A stretch of DNA of 64,000 nucleotides from Balanoglossus misakiensis (lineage: Eukaryota > Animalia > Hemichordata). This document shows positions 37,901 to 47,118 of the stretch, one piece after another. Position 1 is the stretch's first letter. Each line of letters begins with the position of its first letter. The position numbers were made by a program, and so were the translations under genes. A model generated the notes under the pieces. The model made no database searches. It saw only the letters and a program-made list of their open reading frames with translations, and had not been told where the DNA came from. Location of the stretch: positions 8,711,337 through 8,775,336 of the forward strand of contig CM082586.2 of assembly GCA_040954595.2 (NCBI GenBank), in the 5' to 3' direction.

Positions 37901-40900
37901 TTCGCTGAGTCGCTTGATTTGGGGAGACCAAACCTCTTCCGCGTAGATTCACATTTGAGTGCGCATGCGCAGTAGTCACGTGTGTCAACAGAGCCTGACT
38001 TTCTGTCCGGACAGAAAGTCATTCTTCCCTCGTTATGTTGTAAATTTTATGTGTTTATGAACAGAGCTGGGCATGATAACTGTTCGATTCAGTATCAATT
38101 ATCATGTACTTTTAGAAATTGAAGATGCCGTTTCAAACAAAATTTATGCGAAAACGAGAGTACCGAGGCTTTAATAGAATCTCACACTCCCAAGGACCTG
38201 GGATCGTATTTCTCACACGAGTTGGGGATTTTCTGTCCCACACGAGCCACAGGCAAGTGTGGGACAAAATATCCCTGACAAGTGTGAGAAATATGATCCC
38301 AGGTCCTTGGTGTGTGAGATTATATTTCTAACACGACCACAAATTTGCGATATTCACGTTTATTTACAATAAAAGAACTAAATCTATAAAATTTATTTTT
38401 CTATGGGCCTGGAGCCTGATTCAAATAAATAAATAAATAAAAATAAAAAAATAAATAAAATACATGACTGGTCATATATTGATCCGCCCCGCAAAACATA
38501 GTCCCCATTTCATCATGAGTTTATAGTACACCCATGCTACAAAAAAGCGCTCAACACATGCAAATATAGAGATATGTTCCCAGTGGCCTAAATTCGCGGC
38601 ATATCTGGAAAATACAACCATTTTTTGCGACTCTGTCACCAACCATGTACACCACTGTCGACTGCACATGACCTGATCACATTGTAGTTCTGGTTCGTAT
38701 ACAACATGCACGTCATACAATTGGATAATATTTGCTCATTCTGAGGGGTACAAATATCATTATCCAATCAGAGCTCGTGTAAGATAACAGATGTCTGTGT
38801 GCGCATTAACACAGAGTGTGGGCTAGATTTGATCCCACACTCTCGATCCCACACTCCCAACGGCCAGGAGTGTGAGAAATTGCAATGAGCTATCATGAGC
38901 TTTGCTTTAGACCTTGTCTTTTTGTAATGTGTTTGCATAATTTGCGGAAATCTGAACTCATGAGGGAAAACCTTGTGAAAATGACAGTCAGAAAAACAAT
39001 AACAGTGCTTGTCAACTTTTGTTTAAAACACCATTTCGGAAGCAATCAGACACACTTTTCACTATTTCACACAGTGTGGGTCAGTATGAGACAATTATTA
39101 ATACAGGTATGTAAAATAAAATTGGTAAAAAATCCTTATCTAACCTGGAGTACCCTCTTAAAGATTCACATTCTTGATATGGGATTTCTTGACTGTCTGC
39201 TTTCAGATCGCAGTGAAGGTGATGAAGACAACAGTCCAAAACTATGGTGTGCTTTAGGTAATGGTAAAGTGAGAGTTTTCGATGCAAGTACATGGATATG
39301 TGAATCCCAGGATATTATTGAAGCCAAAGCAAGAGTAGTAAGTCATTAGGTTTCTGTTCTCACATCCAGCAAATTAGAAATTGTGTCGACCTTTTTATTA
39401 AAGGGACAAAGTCTCTCTCTCGCTACCCTTTTTCCATTAATTATGTTTGATACAAGACACTGTTTATGTTATTCTACAAGTGGATATATAGTGAATCAAC
39501 ATTGACCACACCCAACTTCCATCCTGTTAGTAGGATATGAGAATAAAAATCTTGCCAAATGAATAAACGGTAGAGACCGATTATTCATTTTGGTGTGTTT
39601 TTCACTCTCGCGTCTACAACGTTGCTCAACAACCTTGTATATTACATATGTTACCCAAGTTGAGTAATTTGTTTCCTACTTTTTATGCAGTGCTGTTTGA
39701 TGAGTGTTAAAGGCGTACAGGTATGGGCTGGTTCATTTGATACAACCATTTATATTATTGATGTAGCAATGTACACATCCAATAAACAACTGATAGATCA
39801 CACAGACTTTGTATCAGATATGACAAAGAATGCAGATGAAAGGTAAGTAATATTTATGCAAGATGAAATCATAAAGGCCAAAAAAAATAATATGTGCTGT
39901 TCCGATTACATGGTTTTCAAAAATAGGGTAGGTAGGTAGGAAAATTTTTTATTTTGCAATTTTTTTTTATATCTTAGGCCACCGTAGTGTAGAAGAATGA
40001 CGTCATAGTTCTTGCGTGATTCTCGCAATTTTCATAAATTTTGTGTATTTGACATCGTTATTTTTACTGCCGGTTTACGAAGCTCTAAAAAGTTTAGGGT
40101 CGGCGGGCTAAAATTAGGGTAGGTCGGGTAATCGGAACAGCACATATTTTTTTATTTTGGCCTATAAATGTGTACACAAAAGTTTTACGGCATTTCCTAC
40201 CTAGATGTAAAATTTGCTTGGTCTAGAAATAGAAAAAAAAAACAGTTGAGGGGTGAAGGTTCTGTTTGATGTTACACACACACCTAGAATTCAATGGACG
40301 TCACAACATTAGAAAACTTCCAAAGTTTATATTGTTTGACATATATAGTCAAAATTAAAAACAGCAACCAAAATCATAGTAATTGAAACAGTGAATATCT
40401 GTTAATTTTTATGGATCTATGAGCAATTATTGATCTTTTTGTACAGATTTTTGCCTACTTTTTCTCAGAAAGTGTCGACAAGTTGAAATCAATGTTGGCT
40501 TTTTTTTCCTTATTTGCAGTAGCAAGGTATGCCTTTGTCAAAAGATGAAGAGTTTGCTAATTGTATAGTCAGTGGAATTTTGCTGCACCAAATAGAAACA
40601 GAATATAATAGCATGTGGATCCACAACTTCCATTACAGTATAGTGTTGCTTTATTTCAATTTTCACAGCATTGCATATACGGCCAGTTTGGATGGACAAA
40701 TCATATCTTGGAACACAAACACTTTGCAGAAGATAGATTTGATTCATCTGAAAGATGTCAAGACATTGGTTGGTATCAAGTGGATTGATGATCATCTGTG
40801 GTGCTGTAAGTATTCAAATTAGCTGGAAAAAGGGTAAAATTGGTCAAAACTCAGAAATTCAACAACCACTGGTCAGATTGATTTGAAAATTGGTATACCT

Positions 40901-43460
40901 GTACCTTATGTCAACCTCATACAGTCCTGTGTGTTTTGAGCTAATAGTATGAATTTTCTCTTTTGTCTTTTTCCACATTATTGGTAAATGATCTTATCTG
41001 AAAGTAAACAGTCGACTTCGAGGTTCTTTTAACATGTGGTTCTATGTCAATGTATAGACAGGTTTCCAGATTAGACAGGGTTTGGTTTAGACAGGTTTTA
41101 CCGTACCACTTTTACCAGTAGAAGCATATGGGAACAGTCGGCAGCTGTCGACTGTCTGCATACATGTATGCCCACTGCAAAAACTTCACATGGGATGAAA
41201 AAGTATAAGGATGGTCAAAACTCAGAACTGCTAGTTAGACCACACACAATGTCCATATCCCACTTGCAGACACTAGAGTGAAAAACTCGCCAAAATGATC
41301 GGTGTAATAATTCATTTTGGCGAGATTAGACTCATATCCTACAACTGGGGTGGAAGTTGTGTGTGGTCAAACGTTGATTCACTATATATCTACATGTAAA
41401 ATAACATAAACGGTGTCTTGTATCAAACATAATTAATGGAAAAAGGGCAGCGAGAGAGAGAGACTTTATCCCTTTAAATGCTTTGAAATTTGGTTTGTAT
41501 GTACTTTCGCTAGATCTTATATACTAGTAGGGTCGTTTATTTTGTGCTTATATCAGCAAATTTAGCAAATTTCTTGCCATTTTCTTCACTTATGATTGAA
41601 AGAAAATGTTGTTTAACATTGCTTGCCCAATTGCACTAAAATAAGGCACAAGGGTAAGCATTCATTGTCACATTTTTTTCAAATCACTGTGGTCACTACC
41701 ATAGAGTGAAAGGATTAGTTGGAGGCAAAAGAACACAAAAATTCAAAGAGAAATAAAAAAAGGGCCAGCTTAAAAAATGGGGAGATAATAGGAAAAGAAT
41801 TGTGAGACAGTGAAAAACACAGAAGCTTGAAAAGGGAACTTGGAAGTTGGGATAAAATACAGTCGAACTTCTCTATAGTGGCCAGTCAAGGGACTTTCCT
41901 AAACTGGGCCTTATAGACAGGTGGCCTTTATATAGAGGTTACTAAATGCACATGTGAATTGCACAGGGACTGTAACAAAGTGGCCACTAGAGGTCACCAC
42001 TATACATGTATAGGGGTGGCCACTAACAGGGGTTTGACTGTACAAACCTAAACATACCAATCCTAGAAACTTTCTTTTTAGGTGTATTTTGGTTTGTTCA
42101 TCAAGTTGTTGATGGTTCTTTATTACATATCAAAGTGAAATTCTTATTACCATTCACTATATTAACCATGCAGGTACTAAAAAAGATCTACGGGTTCTAG
42201 ATTGTGATGGTCATCCCATGAGGAAACTAGAAATTCCTGATGGTTCTGGATTTCCCATTCCAATGGAATCTTTCCTGGTAACTCCTGACAGAGAGGTAAA
42301 GATTTTTGTTCATCATTCAAAATTGTGCACAGTGACCCCAGTTTATATTGTCAATTTTAAGAGAGAATAATCTACAGCAATATATGTGATAAAGTTTAAA
42401 GGGACAAAGTCTCTCTCTCGCTGCCCCTTTTCCATTAATTATGTTTGATACAAGACACCGATCATGTTATTCTACATGTAGATATATAGTGAATCAATGT
42501 TCGACCACACACAACTTCCATCCCACTTGTAGGATATGAGAGTAAAAATCTTGCCAAAATGAATAATGGTAAACACCGATTATTCATTTTGGCGAGTTTT
42601 TCACTATCGTGTCTACAAGCGGGATAGAAGTTGTGTGTGGTCAAACGGTGATTCACTATATATCCACATATAGAATAACATAAATGGTGCCTTGTATCAA
42701 ACATAACAAATTGAATAAAGGGCAGCGAGAGAGAGACTTTGTCCCTTTAAGACTGATTTTCGAGGCGTACTCTACCTCAAGAACATTGGTGCTTTGGCTG
42801 ACTGCAATAGTTTCTTTGGAGTGACAGGCCATCTTGGAGAGAATTCTATTTAGTAACCCATCTCTGATTCCATTCTGTGTGTCTGTTTAATACAGCAACT
42901 ATGGACTGCCTGTTCCAGGAAAGGTCAGCTGGTGTGTTGGAATGCTGACACATTTGAAAGAATGGGAACTGTAGAAGTTCGATGTAATGGATTCAGCCAA
43001 ATGATTTATGCACAGGAGAAGGTAATTAGGTTGCTATATGAAGTATAGCTATGGCTCGAATATAGGCCAGGCCATAGGTGTTTGATAATAAACCTCATGC
43101 TAACAGTCACATGATAGGTTTATATTTTTTCTGCTATGTCCCTAGGGATTCATAGTCGATTCTATTTTCCTATCATGTGACGGATTCTGGCGAATCACGA
43201 CAGTGTCAGTATTAGCATGAAGCATATTATAATAATTGATATGTAATTGTTTGTTTTGATGACAGATCTGGGCTGGCAGTAAAGCTGGACTGATTCACAT
43301 CTTTAACACAGTGACCCGTTCCCACGAGAAGGAGTTAGTGGCACATACAGCACCAATACGCTGTATGTGTACAGCTGAAGACAGATATGTTATGACAGGA
43401 GCCGAGGGGAGAGATGGTAAAATTGCCATTTGGAGAGCAAAGTTTCTGACACAGGTTTGA
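4850..43460 (+). CDS. DENND3: DENN domain-containing protein 3 (Rab GEF; uDENN-cDENN-dDENN, PH/GRAM-like, C-terminal WD40), 26 coding exons, 3774 nt, ~1257 aa
   Basis: All 25 introns are GT-AG with consistent phases. DENN motifs: [61 protein letters not shown]. DENND3-like YLYLRG, GRLILTQKRLF and EALLYTPG. WD40 segments QVWAGSFDTTIY, IWAGS and DGKIAIW. Confidence 0.93.
5070..5695. mobile_element. Family-C palindromic repeat cluster (cctcatgctaatactgtg...gaatccgtcacgtgatagg)
   Basis: Nested and inverted pieces; other copies at ~19664-19840, ~34066-34425, ~43048-43232. Confidence 0.7.
6849..7158 (+). CDS. DENND3: DENND3 exon 2
   Basis: PSFDVRGHP...FDPQVLA...LVPLCLP; AG/GT bounded. Confidence 0.9.
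7181..7467. mobile_element. Family-A MITE (partial)
   Basis: ggccaaaataaaaaatatgtgctgttccgattacccgacctaccc... Confidence 0.8.
7837..7961 (+). CDS. DENND3: DENND3 exon 3
   Basis: GGFVF...HSLVLTNITGTKSYAVCLTYYR. Confidence 0.9.
8154..8450. mobile_element. Family-E MITE (piggyBac-like CCCT...AGGG, TTAA TSD)
   Basis: TTAA|ccctaatgctactgggtgtc ... ggcagcgttagga|TTAA; siblings at 33074, 56516, 57976, 58794. Confidence 0.8.
8553..8698 (+). CDS. DENND3: DENND3 exon 4
   Basis: CYVPTCVVVMSKHPYYTVMKDCLS. Confidence 0.9.
8819..9159. mobile_element. Family-B palindromic MITE (Kolobok-type AGGGACAAAGTC termini, TTAA TSD)
   Basis: ~350-bp near-palindrome ending ctttgtccct|TTAA. Confidence 0.8.
9418..9526 (+). 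CDS. DENND3: DENND3 exon 5
   Basis: EFTKQITMVPVPPPGNLTI. Confidence 0.9.
9813..9880. repeat. (TACA)n microsatellite
   Basis: Uninterrupted TACA run; explains the spurious HTYI/MYVC ORFs. Confidence 0.95.
10014..10211 (+). CDS. DENND3: DENND3 exon 6
   Basis: LHYPLLCF...CILTQQRIVFISCDYSLLTPVME. Confidence 0.92.
10332..10516. mobile_element. Short TTAA-TSD MITE (AGG...CCT)
   Basis: TTAA|aggtatacagtcatct ... ggtgaccgtacacct|TTAA. Confidence 0.6.
10782..10922 (+). CDS. DENND3: DENND3 exon 7
   Basis: [31 protein letters not shown]. Confidence 0.92.
10971..11893. mobile_element. Two family-B MITEs (10971-11326, 11544-11893) flanking a ~210-bp spacer
   Basis: agggacaaagtc...gactttgtccct termini with TTAA; the same arrangement recurs at 30156-32099. 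Confidence 0.85.
12021..12127 (+). CDS. DENND3: DENND3 exon 8
   Basis: IPGLVVANLDTGQV...DIPIMP; phase 0 to 2 bridges exons 7 and 9. Confidence 0.88.
12404..12823. mobile_element. Family-D MITE (ttctcacactcc TIRs, internal palindrome); longer copy at ~38175-38880
   Basis: tctcacactcccaaggacctgggatc ... gatcccaggtccttggtgtgtgag and terminal ggagtgtgagaat shared by both copies. Confidence 0.7.
12910..13065 (+). CDS. DENND3: DENND3 exon 9
   Basis: YSRAKRHFDL...LELMVILFG. Confidence 0.88.
14365..14461 (+). CDS. DENND3: DENND3 exon 10
   Basis: DVSDFL...EFLDSKSEEDRPFYEQ (dDENN). Confidence 0.9.
15025..15164 (+). CDS. DENND3: DENND3 exon 11
   Basis: [15 protein letters not shown]. Confidence 0.9.
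15384..15547 (+). CDS. DENND3: DENND3 exon 12
   Basis: LGRKASTGNL...LELPPF; open frame, phases match. Confidence 0.8.
15620..15890. mobile_element. Family-A MITE with TAA TSD
   Basis: TAA|ggccaaa ... tttggcc|TAA; a 3-bp TWA TSD is typical of PIF/Harbinger. Confidence 0.85.
17505..17789. mobile_element. Family-A MITE (in duplication copy A)
   Basis: Same position as 20671-20953 in copy B, so inserted before the duplication. Confidence 0.8.
18355..19578 (-). pseudogene. 5'-truncated tandem duplicate of the TLR (last few LRRs, LRRCT, TM, TIR), reading frame still open; first ATG at 19503
   Basis: About 10 aa differences from the C-terminal ~407 aa of the full TLR and no internal stop or frameshift. 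Homology ends abruptly at ~19578 and there is no signal peptide. Could be a pseudogene or a functional short isoform. Confidence 0.75.
20671..20953. mobile_element. Family-A MITE (in duplication copy B)
   Basis: GGCC termini and tgtgctgtt(a/c)cgattac TIR core. Confidence 0.8.
21509..24421 (-). CDS. Toll-like receptor, single-cysteine-cluster (vertebrate-type); signal peptide, LRRNT, many LRRs, LRRCT, TM, TIR; uninterrupted ORF, ~970 aa
   Basis: The ORF track starts at TTG 24433; the first ATG is 24421. Leader LHVLLILLLSG; LRRNT C..C....DCS.....VP; LxxLxLxxN repeats; LRRCT NPFACTCDVLWF...CFSP; TM STGLLLLLVVSSVVFW; TIR with VSY, RDYPPG (BB-loop), FVLS, CIFEL and FW box 3. Confidence 0.95.
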   Translation of the reverse strand: MDKSSFCTDKRMKIGMDKFCRYGSLHVLLILLLSGNQTAHGQGSQSAQCHKCHPNTDATDCSQLKPPLTGVPSGIGEQTVVLNLAQNHISILKSEQFRHLPHLEKLNIDHNVIGEIENLAFLGLAKLQQLELRDNKIGELTRNTFQGLDSLVSLRLERNPISSLSNHSFGTLHRVRLLELSHCGIKSIESDAFYGLTELQELHLNGNKLGSLPAQYLSYTPKLKILDLRDNCLDDVPQNICNHASELTDLEISMNPITVLQFGTSYENCTKLHSLMVEDTPTIINENSFKSFCASTLQSLHLSFSNISGNPFKPFKDIRKLILLNVLPTDKNNTTTPSSLLENILDTFAGAIVNCLRIVQDLSYLVLNFRSTTFKGLANVSLNELVFRQGTTRYPFILDNYAFQWLPILKKLQISFTTLSFIPDQAFYGLFSLEHLDLSCNKLVAIPTSAVATLSNLQSLDLSSNSIHNVRSGMLFGLQSLTHFYFKANKARLDYLELAVLSEQAHLERIEFSNIQSLITSVSNVKALANVTFIDFRFTQLSYLMYRYMCDVPETFPKLSYLDISGGIPIKLPDYPLGCTLRRIATLKMNQVVLDSQNLQCYLFQAFPRLQKLELNENKLVSISDGCFSNATSLVHLALSGNSISTLTPGMWTGLDNLLTLDLRSNAIQIINSSTFSGLPALKRLYIGGNPFACTCDVLWFHSWLMENPRMLTFQEMPNSEDMYWLQDYHCFSPPQYADIFLVDFDTGELHCQSSLALYAGTSTGLLLLLVVSSVVFWKKFKWNIKYKFFLFKLRTGFVGKGYQAVEGENAERRGQIMVSYADEDYRWVRHEMMVRFEERDQFRLCIKDRDYPPGVAIAVNITESVHRSDKVVFVLSEDFVEDQFCIFELEVALQRLFDELRDVVILVQLRPIPEDKLPRLIRLLKCRKKCLRWTEDEVGQEMFWQQTRLELEKDSRLDHRTQLHLLELG
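24797..25878. mobile_element. Non-autonomous foldback/Mutator-like element, ~161-bp internally repetitive TIRs, 9-bp TSD GCACTGTAG
   Basis: TIRs 24797-24957 and 25718-25878 are near-perfect reverse complements built from ctcggac/actccgag subrepeats; GCACTGTAG at 24788-24796 and 25879-25887. Confidence 0.88.
28045..28091 (+). CDS. DENND3: DENND3 exon 13
   Basis: IFYERVILDLNRKIE; phase 1 to 0 links exons 12 and 14. Confidence 0.8.
28994..29130 (+). CDS. DENND3: DENND3 exon 14
   Basis: ASYLYLRGML...AIEDFHNL...DLRIFP. Confidence 0.9.
29163..29511. mobile_element. Family-B palindromic MITE
   Basis: TTAA|agggacaaagtctctctctcgctgccc ... gggcagcgagagagagactttgtccct|TTAA. Confidence 0.9.
29821..29990 (+). 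CDS. DENND3: DENND3 exon 15
   Basis: VVGQILTNL...IPQEPV. Confidence 0.85.
30156..32099. mobile_element. Two family-B MITEs (30156-30495; 30697-32099, interrupted) flanking the same spacer as at 11331-11539
   Basis: Termini and TTAA sites visible; the second copy is split by the 30783-31872 insertion. Confidence 0.85.
30783..31872. mobile_element. ~1.09-kb non-autonomous DNA transposon with CAGG...CCTG termini and apparent 6-bp TSD ATATAT (hAT-like)
   Basis: caggttacgcgttag vs ctagcgccaaccctg; ATATAT at 30777-30782 and 31873-31878; the host MITE resumes after the insertion. Confidence 0.7.
32192..32293 (+). CDS. DENND3: DENND3 exon 16
   Basis: LENFIKHIRLLEIASDIDAIARLFHSL. Confidence 0.88.
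32366..32777. mobile_element. Palindromic MITE with ~135-bp arms
   Basis: cttccaaaactaacgtctagcctcactcatgccactggcccaataaa and its reverse complement at ~32694-32740. Confidence 0.75.
33074..33378. mobile_element. Family-E piggyBac-like MITE
   Basis: TTAA-bounded, same interior as 8154-8450. Confidence 0.8.
33867..34041 (+). CDS. DENND3: DENND3 exon 17
   Basis: VDPDTFSIFYECWKE...ECVLKVSSLIRTDHGTGRLILTQK. Confidence 0.92.
34066..34425. mobile_element. Family-C repeat copy
   Basis: Matches the 5330-5630 sequence blocks. Confidence 0.7.
35037..35170 (+). CDS. DENND3: DENND3 exon 18
   Basis: LFFLSHG...RDIKNL...PALKI. Confidence 0.88.
35243..35368. mobile_element. Family-B MITE, truncated
   Basis: TTAA|agggaccaagtctctctcgcgctgccc..., one arm only. 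Confidence 0.75.
35564..35784 (+). CDS. DENND3: DENND3 exon 19
   Basis: LKSERNTWYMLIKEMWAGR...KDHQIIQQAAQNVLMIDAV. Confidence 0.92.
36841..36985 (+). CDS. DENND3: DENND3 exon 20
   Basis: LPQETTNALIHRVNP...IEALLYTPG. Confidence 0.9.
37103..37466. mobile_element. GGCC-terminated MITE (related Harbinger-like subfamily)
   Basis: ggccaaagtaagtaaat ... atttacttactttggcc. Confidence 0.65.
37588..38170. mobile_element. Kolobok-type non-autonomous element (AG...CT, TTAA TSD)
   Basis: TTAA|agccccagtatttctcg ... cgagagtaccgaggct|TTAA. Confidence 0.65.
39207..39337 (+). CDS. DENND3: DENND3 exon 21
   Basis: PKLWCALGNGKVRVFDASTW. Confidence 0.92.
39402..39619. mobile_element. Family-B MITE, truncated
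   Basis: TTAA|agggacaaagtctctctctcgctaccc... Confidence 0.75.
39691..39842 (+). CDS. DENND3: DENND3 exon 22
   Basis: QVWAGSFDTTIYII...NKQLIDHTDFV. Confidence 0.92.
39876..40162. mobile_element. Family-A MITE
   Basis: ggccaaaaaaaataatatgtgctgttccgattac ... gtaatcggaacagcacatatttttttattttggcc. Confidence 0.85.
40669..40805 (+). CDS. DENND3: DENND3 exon 23
   Basis: AYTASLDGQIISWN...HLWC. Confidence 0.9.
41237..41473. mobile_element. Family-B MITE, truncated
   Basis: ...gggcagcgagagagagagactttatccct|TTAA. Confidence 0.75.
42174..42295 (+). CDS. DENND3: DENND3 exon 24
   Basis: TKKDLRVLDCDG...ESFLVTPDRE. Confidence 0.85.
42400..42746. mobile_element. Family-B palindromic MITE
   Basis: Complete termini with TTAA on both sides. 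Confidence 0.9.
42896..43021 (+). CDS. DENND3: DENND3 exon 25
   Basis: QLWTACSRKGQLVCWN. Confidence 0.9.
43266..43460 (+). CDS. DENND3: DENND3 exon 26 (last coding exon, TGA)
   Basis: IWAGSKAGLIHIFN...EKELVAH...RYVMTG...DGKIAIW. Confidence 0.92.
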   Translation: MWAGSKAGLIHIFNTVTRSHEKELVAHTAPIRCMCTAEDRYVMTGAEGRDGKIAIWRAKFLTQV

Positions 43461-46400
43461 TCAAGCAAACCTATATTTACAGTTCTGAATTGCTCAAAAC
43501 TAGTGGCACTCAGAGAATTTGCTATAGAATTACACTTATGCAAAGCAAAAGTGCTACTTACTGGTGTAGTCAGAGATATAGGGCTGTTTGTATCGTCTTG
43601 TTTATTAGGGGCCCAGATACAGCCGAGGAATTTGGAGGGATGGAAGACCTAATAGAGTCTTACACTTTAACTCATTAATTATGTTCCTACCTTATGCTAG
43701 GCAAACCAATAGGGCTTGAAGTCGGGTTTTTGTTGGAAATGGATCAGTATGGGATAGAGAAACTTTATACCATTGTACGGTATATTGAATCTACTAACTG
43801 ATGATTCTGTTATCTGCATAACACTAAGAAGATTGTTAGATTGTTATGGAAAATTTATCTAGACACGCTATCATAAAATGTCAATTATTCTATCAAAACA
43901 CTGACAAGCTTGCAAACTTTTGCTCAGACACTGCTCAATTTCTACTATGAAATGGAATTTCAAAACAGCACAGATACAGTCATGGAATTTTAAGTGACAG
44001 AATGGGACTATTCAAATCGTAATTACATCTTTCTGAAATTATAATGTTGCTGTACGTTATGCACTTTTGTAAACTAGAACAATGTTTGTGACATAATGCA
44101 ATCTCACAAATGGAAATTTGTATTTGATCATCTGTTTTAAAAAGTATTATCAGTAATTGCATTAGACATAGGTCATCTGTGTACATGTATTATGCATAGG
44201 TAACATACCCTCTGAACAGGAAGCAAAATCATTAAGAATTTGTTCCGGACAGATTTTTATGACTGGTTATTTACATTGTCAGCAGGTTTAATATTAGGGA
44301 ATGAGATTTGGTTTGTACACATTGAAAAATAAAGTTGATGTATATTGCTTGGGTCATACCAGTGATCCACACTGATTTATGTTTAGCAAATACAATAAAG
44401 ATTCTTGTGTAACGTAACTTAACAGTGTGTTGAATTGCATAGAGGTGTATCATGGACTAGTAGAGATCCTATGGTGTTGATACAGGTAATATTGGCCATA
44501 GAGGGCAGCCTTCATTAAGAAGTCATTTGCACCAACCACAAAATTTTGCATTCTGGGAAAAAGCATGAAGTCTGACTGTAGCACACAGTGACTGCTACTC
44601 TCAACAGTTATAGAACAAGGTGCAAAGCACTATTGACTGGGTGACACTTAGATGGGGGGGGGGGGGGTGGACTGTGTATATGACAGATCCAATGGTGATG
44701 TGTATGTATGCTGCTAATTGACCAGAAGGCTCAGCATGGTCAACAAAATGATCGAGTGGTTTGCTCTTAAGATAATTCCTCAGTGGCATAAGTGTGTATC
44801 AAGAAATATGTTGGTGCAACAAATTTCTCATACAAACAAGTATTTTATGTGATCACTGAAGGGTTCTGTGCGCATATGCCACCATCTTTGAATGAATGTC
44901 ATGTTGCATTTAGAGAAAACAGTTTAGGTGCAAAACTTGGACCGGAAGGCGAATCGACAAGAAAACGGAGGTTAGATACATCGAAAAACTTACCAATGTG
45001 AGTGAACTGCATTGTGTTCGGCCCACAGTGCACTTTCAGATTGGTTGCATCTGCAGCTCTGATTTTGCCGTCTAACACACATTTAGCAAGGCAAAACCTC
45101 AAACTACTGAACTGCAGCTACTTTTTTCCAAGCCTGTCACATTAACAATATATTGAATCAATTTCCACTCCCATTATTGAAACCACAACAAAACTGATAG
45201 TTTGTGATTAAATTATTTATTTCATCAATGCGATGTCTGTAAACACAAAAATACATTCGTTGTATGTTTACACGTGTCAAAATAAGGCTGAGGTAAGGTA
45301 TATATATATACACTGGAAGTGTTGATTATAAGACAGTCCCCTGTATCTGCCAATAGTGTGGTAGATCCTAGTCTCTTGATGAGCAAGTCCAGTGACCCAC
45401 GAAACATAGAGATATAACCACCTATTGTTTCTCCAGTTACCCTTATATTCCGGTATATATATATAAATGCAGCATAGTGTATATATTTCTATTATAGATC
45501 TATTCATGTGATTGTCTATTTACTCATGTTGCAATTCCAAAATGGACAATTAAAGGCCAGCGATCGTGTTATGTGCATGTAATATCGTGAGTACAAACAT
45601 TCCTTCAAACCTGATGTTCTGAAAATTTTGCCTTCAATGCACTAAAAGCCTCTAGAGCTGCCAAATTTCACATTTTTTTCCACAATAAAATACTTCAAAA
45701 TCAAATATATTCCATATTCTTTGAAATCCTCACCATTATGCCATATTACTTGTATTTGCATCAGTTTGCCGTGTCTTCGCGACACATATCGCAATAGCTG
45801 CATACTGTTTGTATGGAGGCTGATAAAATGGGTGCGGCACCAATTTAATAGCATGTTCAAATTGTAACATACAGTTACAATCAGGAGTCGATCAGATGTT
45901 CATTAAGCTTATTTAGATGGACCAATTTAAGTTGGAAAATAAAACCATGAAAATAATGCAAAAAGTGGCAACTCTAGAGGCTTCTGAGTTCAAGTTGTGG
46001 ACTGCCTTGGCTTCCTTCCATATTTCATGTGTACTGTATAAGTAGACTTTTGTTTTGTCCCTTCTTTTCACCCAATTTGCTGTCTTTTCCCAATCTCTGT
46101 CACAGACTATAGTCTCTGCCATCTTGTCTGATGTTCGGACATCACACTGCCTTATGGCATTGACTGTATACCATTTTTTGTAACCAGTCTCTGATCGATC
46201 ATCGGTGTTTCACAACATCTTTTGTATCATGTACCGGTACATTGAATATATTGAAATACAGCCGACACAAAAGGCTTTATACAATATAATATGAAAGTGA
46301 AATAGATTCATAAAAATATGGCGACTTAATATTTTCAAATCATTTTGTATCTAAAACTGAGGTTAAGTTGATTGTGATTTTATGTTTGTTGAACAAAATA

Positions 46401-47118
46401 TTTTCAGGATGGGTATGACAAATATATCAAATTTAGAAACATAATCCAATGTAGGAACAGCTAAATATACATTAAATTATGAAGATAGATTTTTCAGTTG
46501 AAAATGACATTAACAATGGAGAAAATAATGTAACAATATTTTTACAGATAAAATTCTGAGCCAGAAATATTTACAAATTTAAAAATATTGTATATGCTTG
46601 TGTACTGTAAAGTTATCCTCTAATTATTTACAGGCACTCTAGAGCATTTTTATGTGCCTATCAATTTGATACAAATAATATAGTTTAAAATCTTATGGTA
46701 ACAGCAACATAGTTTCATTTAAAAATCAAAATCAGCAGTTGTATGTATGTGATAAGAGATATATTCTTCCAATATTCCAAAATGAGTGTGACACGTGCAA
46801 ACAAAGACTTGGCACCCTCCAGTGGTGTGGGGCAATCACCCATCTTCGATGACATCACAAGATGTATTGGGAGATTACATTATTGGAAGATAATTATAAT
46901 TATCATGATTTCATCAACATGTCTAGTAATTCAATTTTTTGTAACTACAATACCTGTTACAATCTAAACCCCTTTCCCCTCCCCTCTGAAAGTCAAAACA
47001 CGACTTTGTTCGTTTCATCCTCACGCCAGTACCATTTGCTTTCTCTCAACTACATGGTACTGTTCATCATGTACTGTAGTAGTAATTGTCAGGTCCATAC
47101 CACAATAAGACAAAATGT

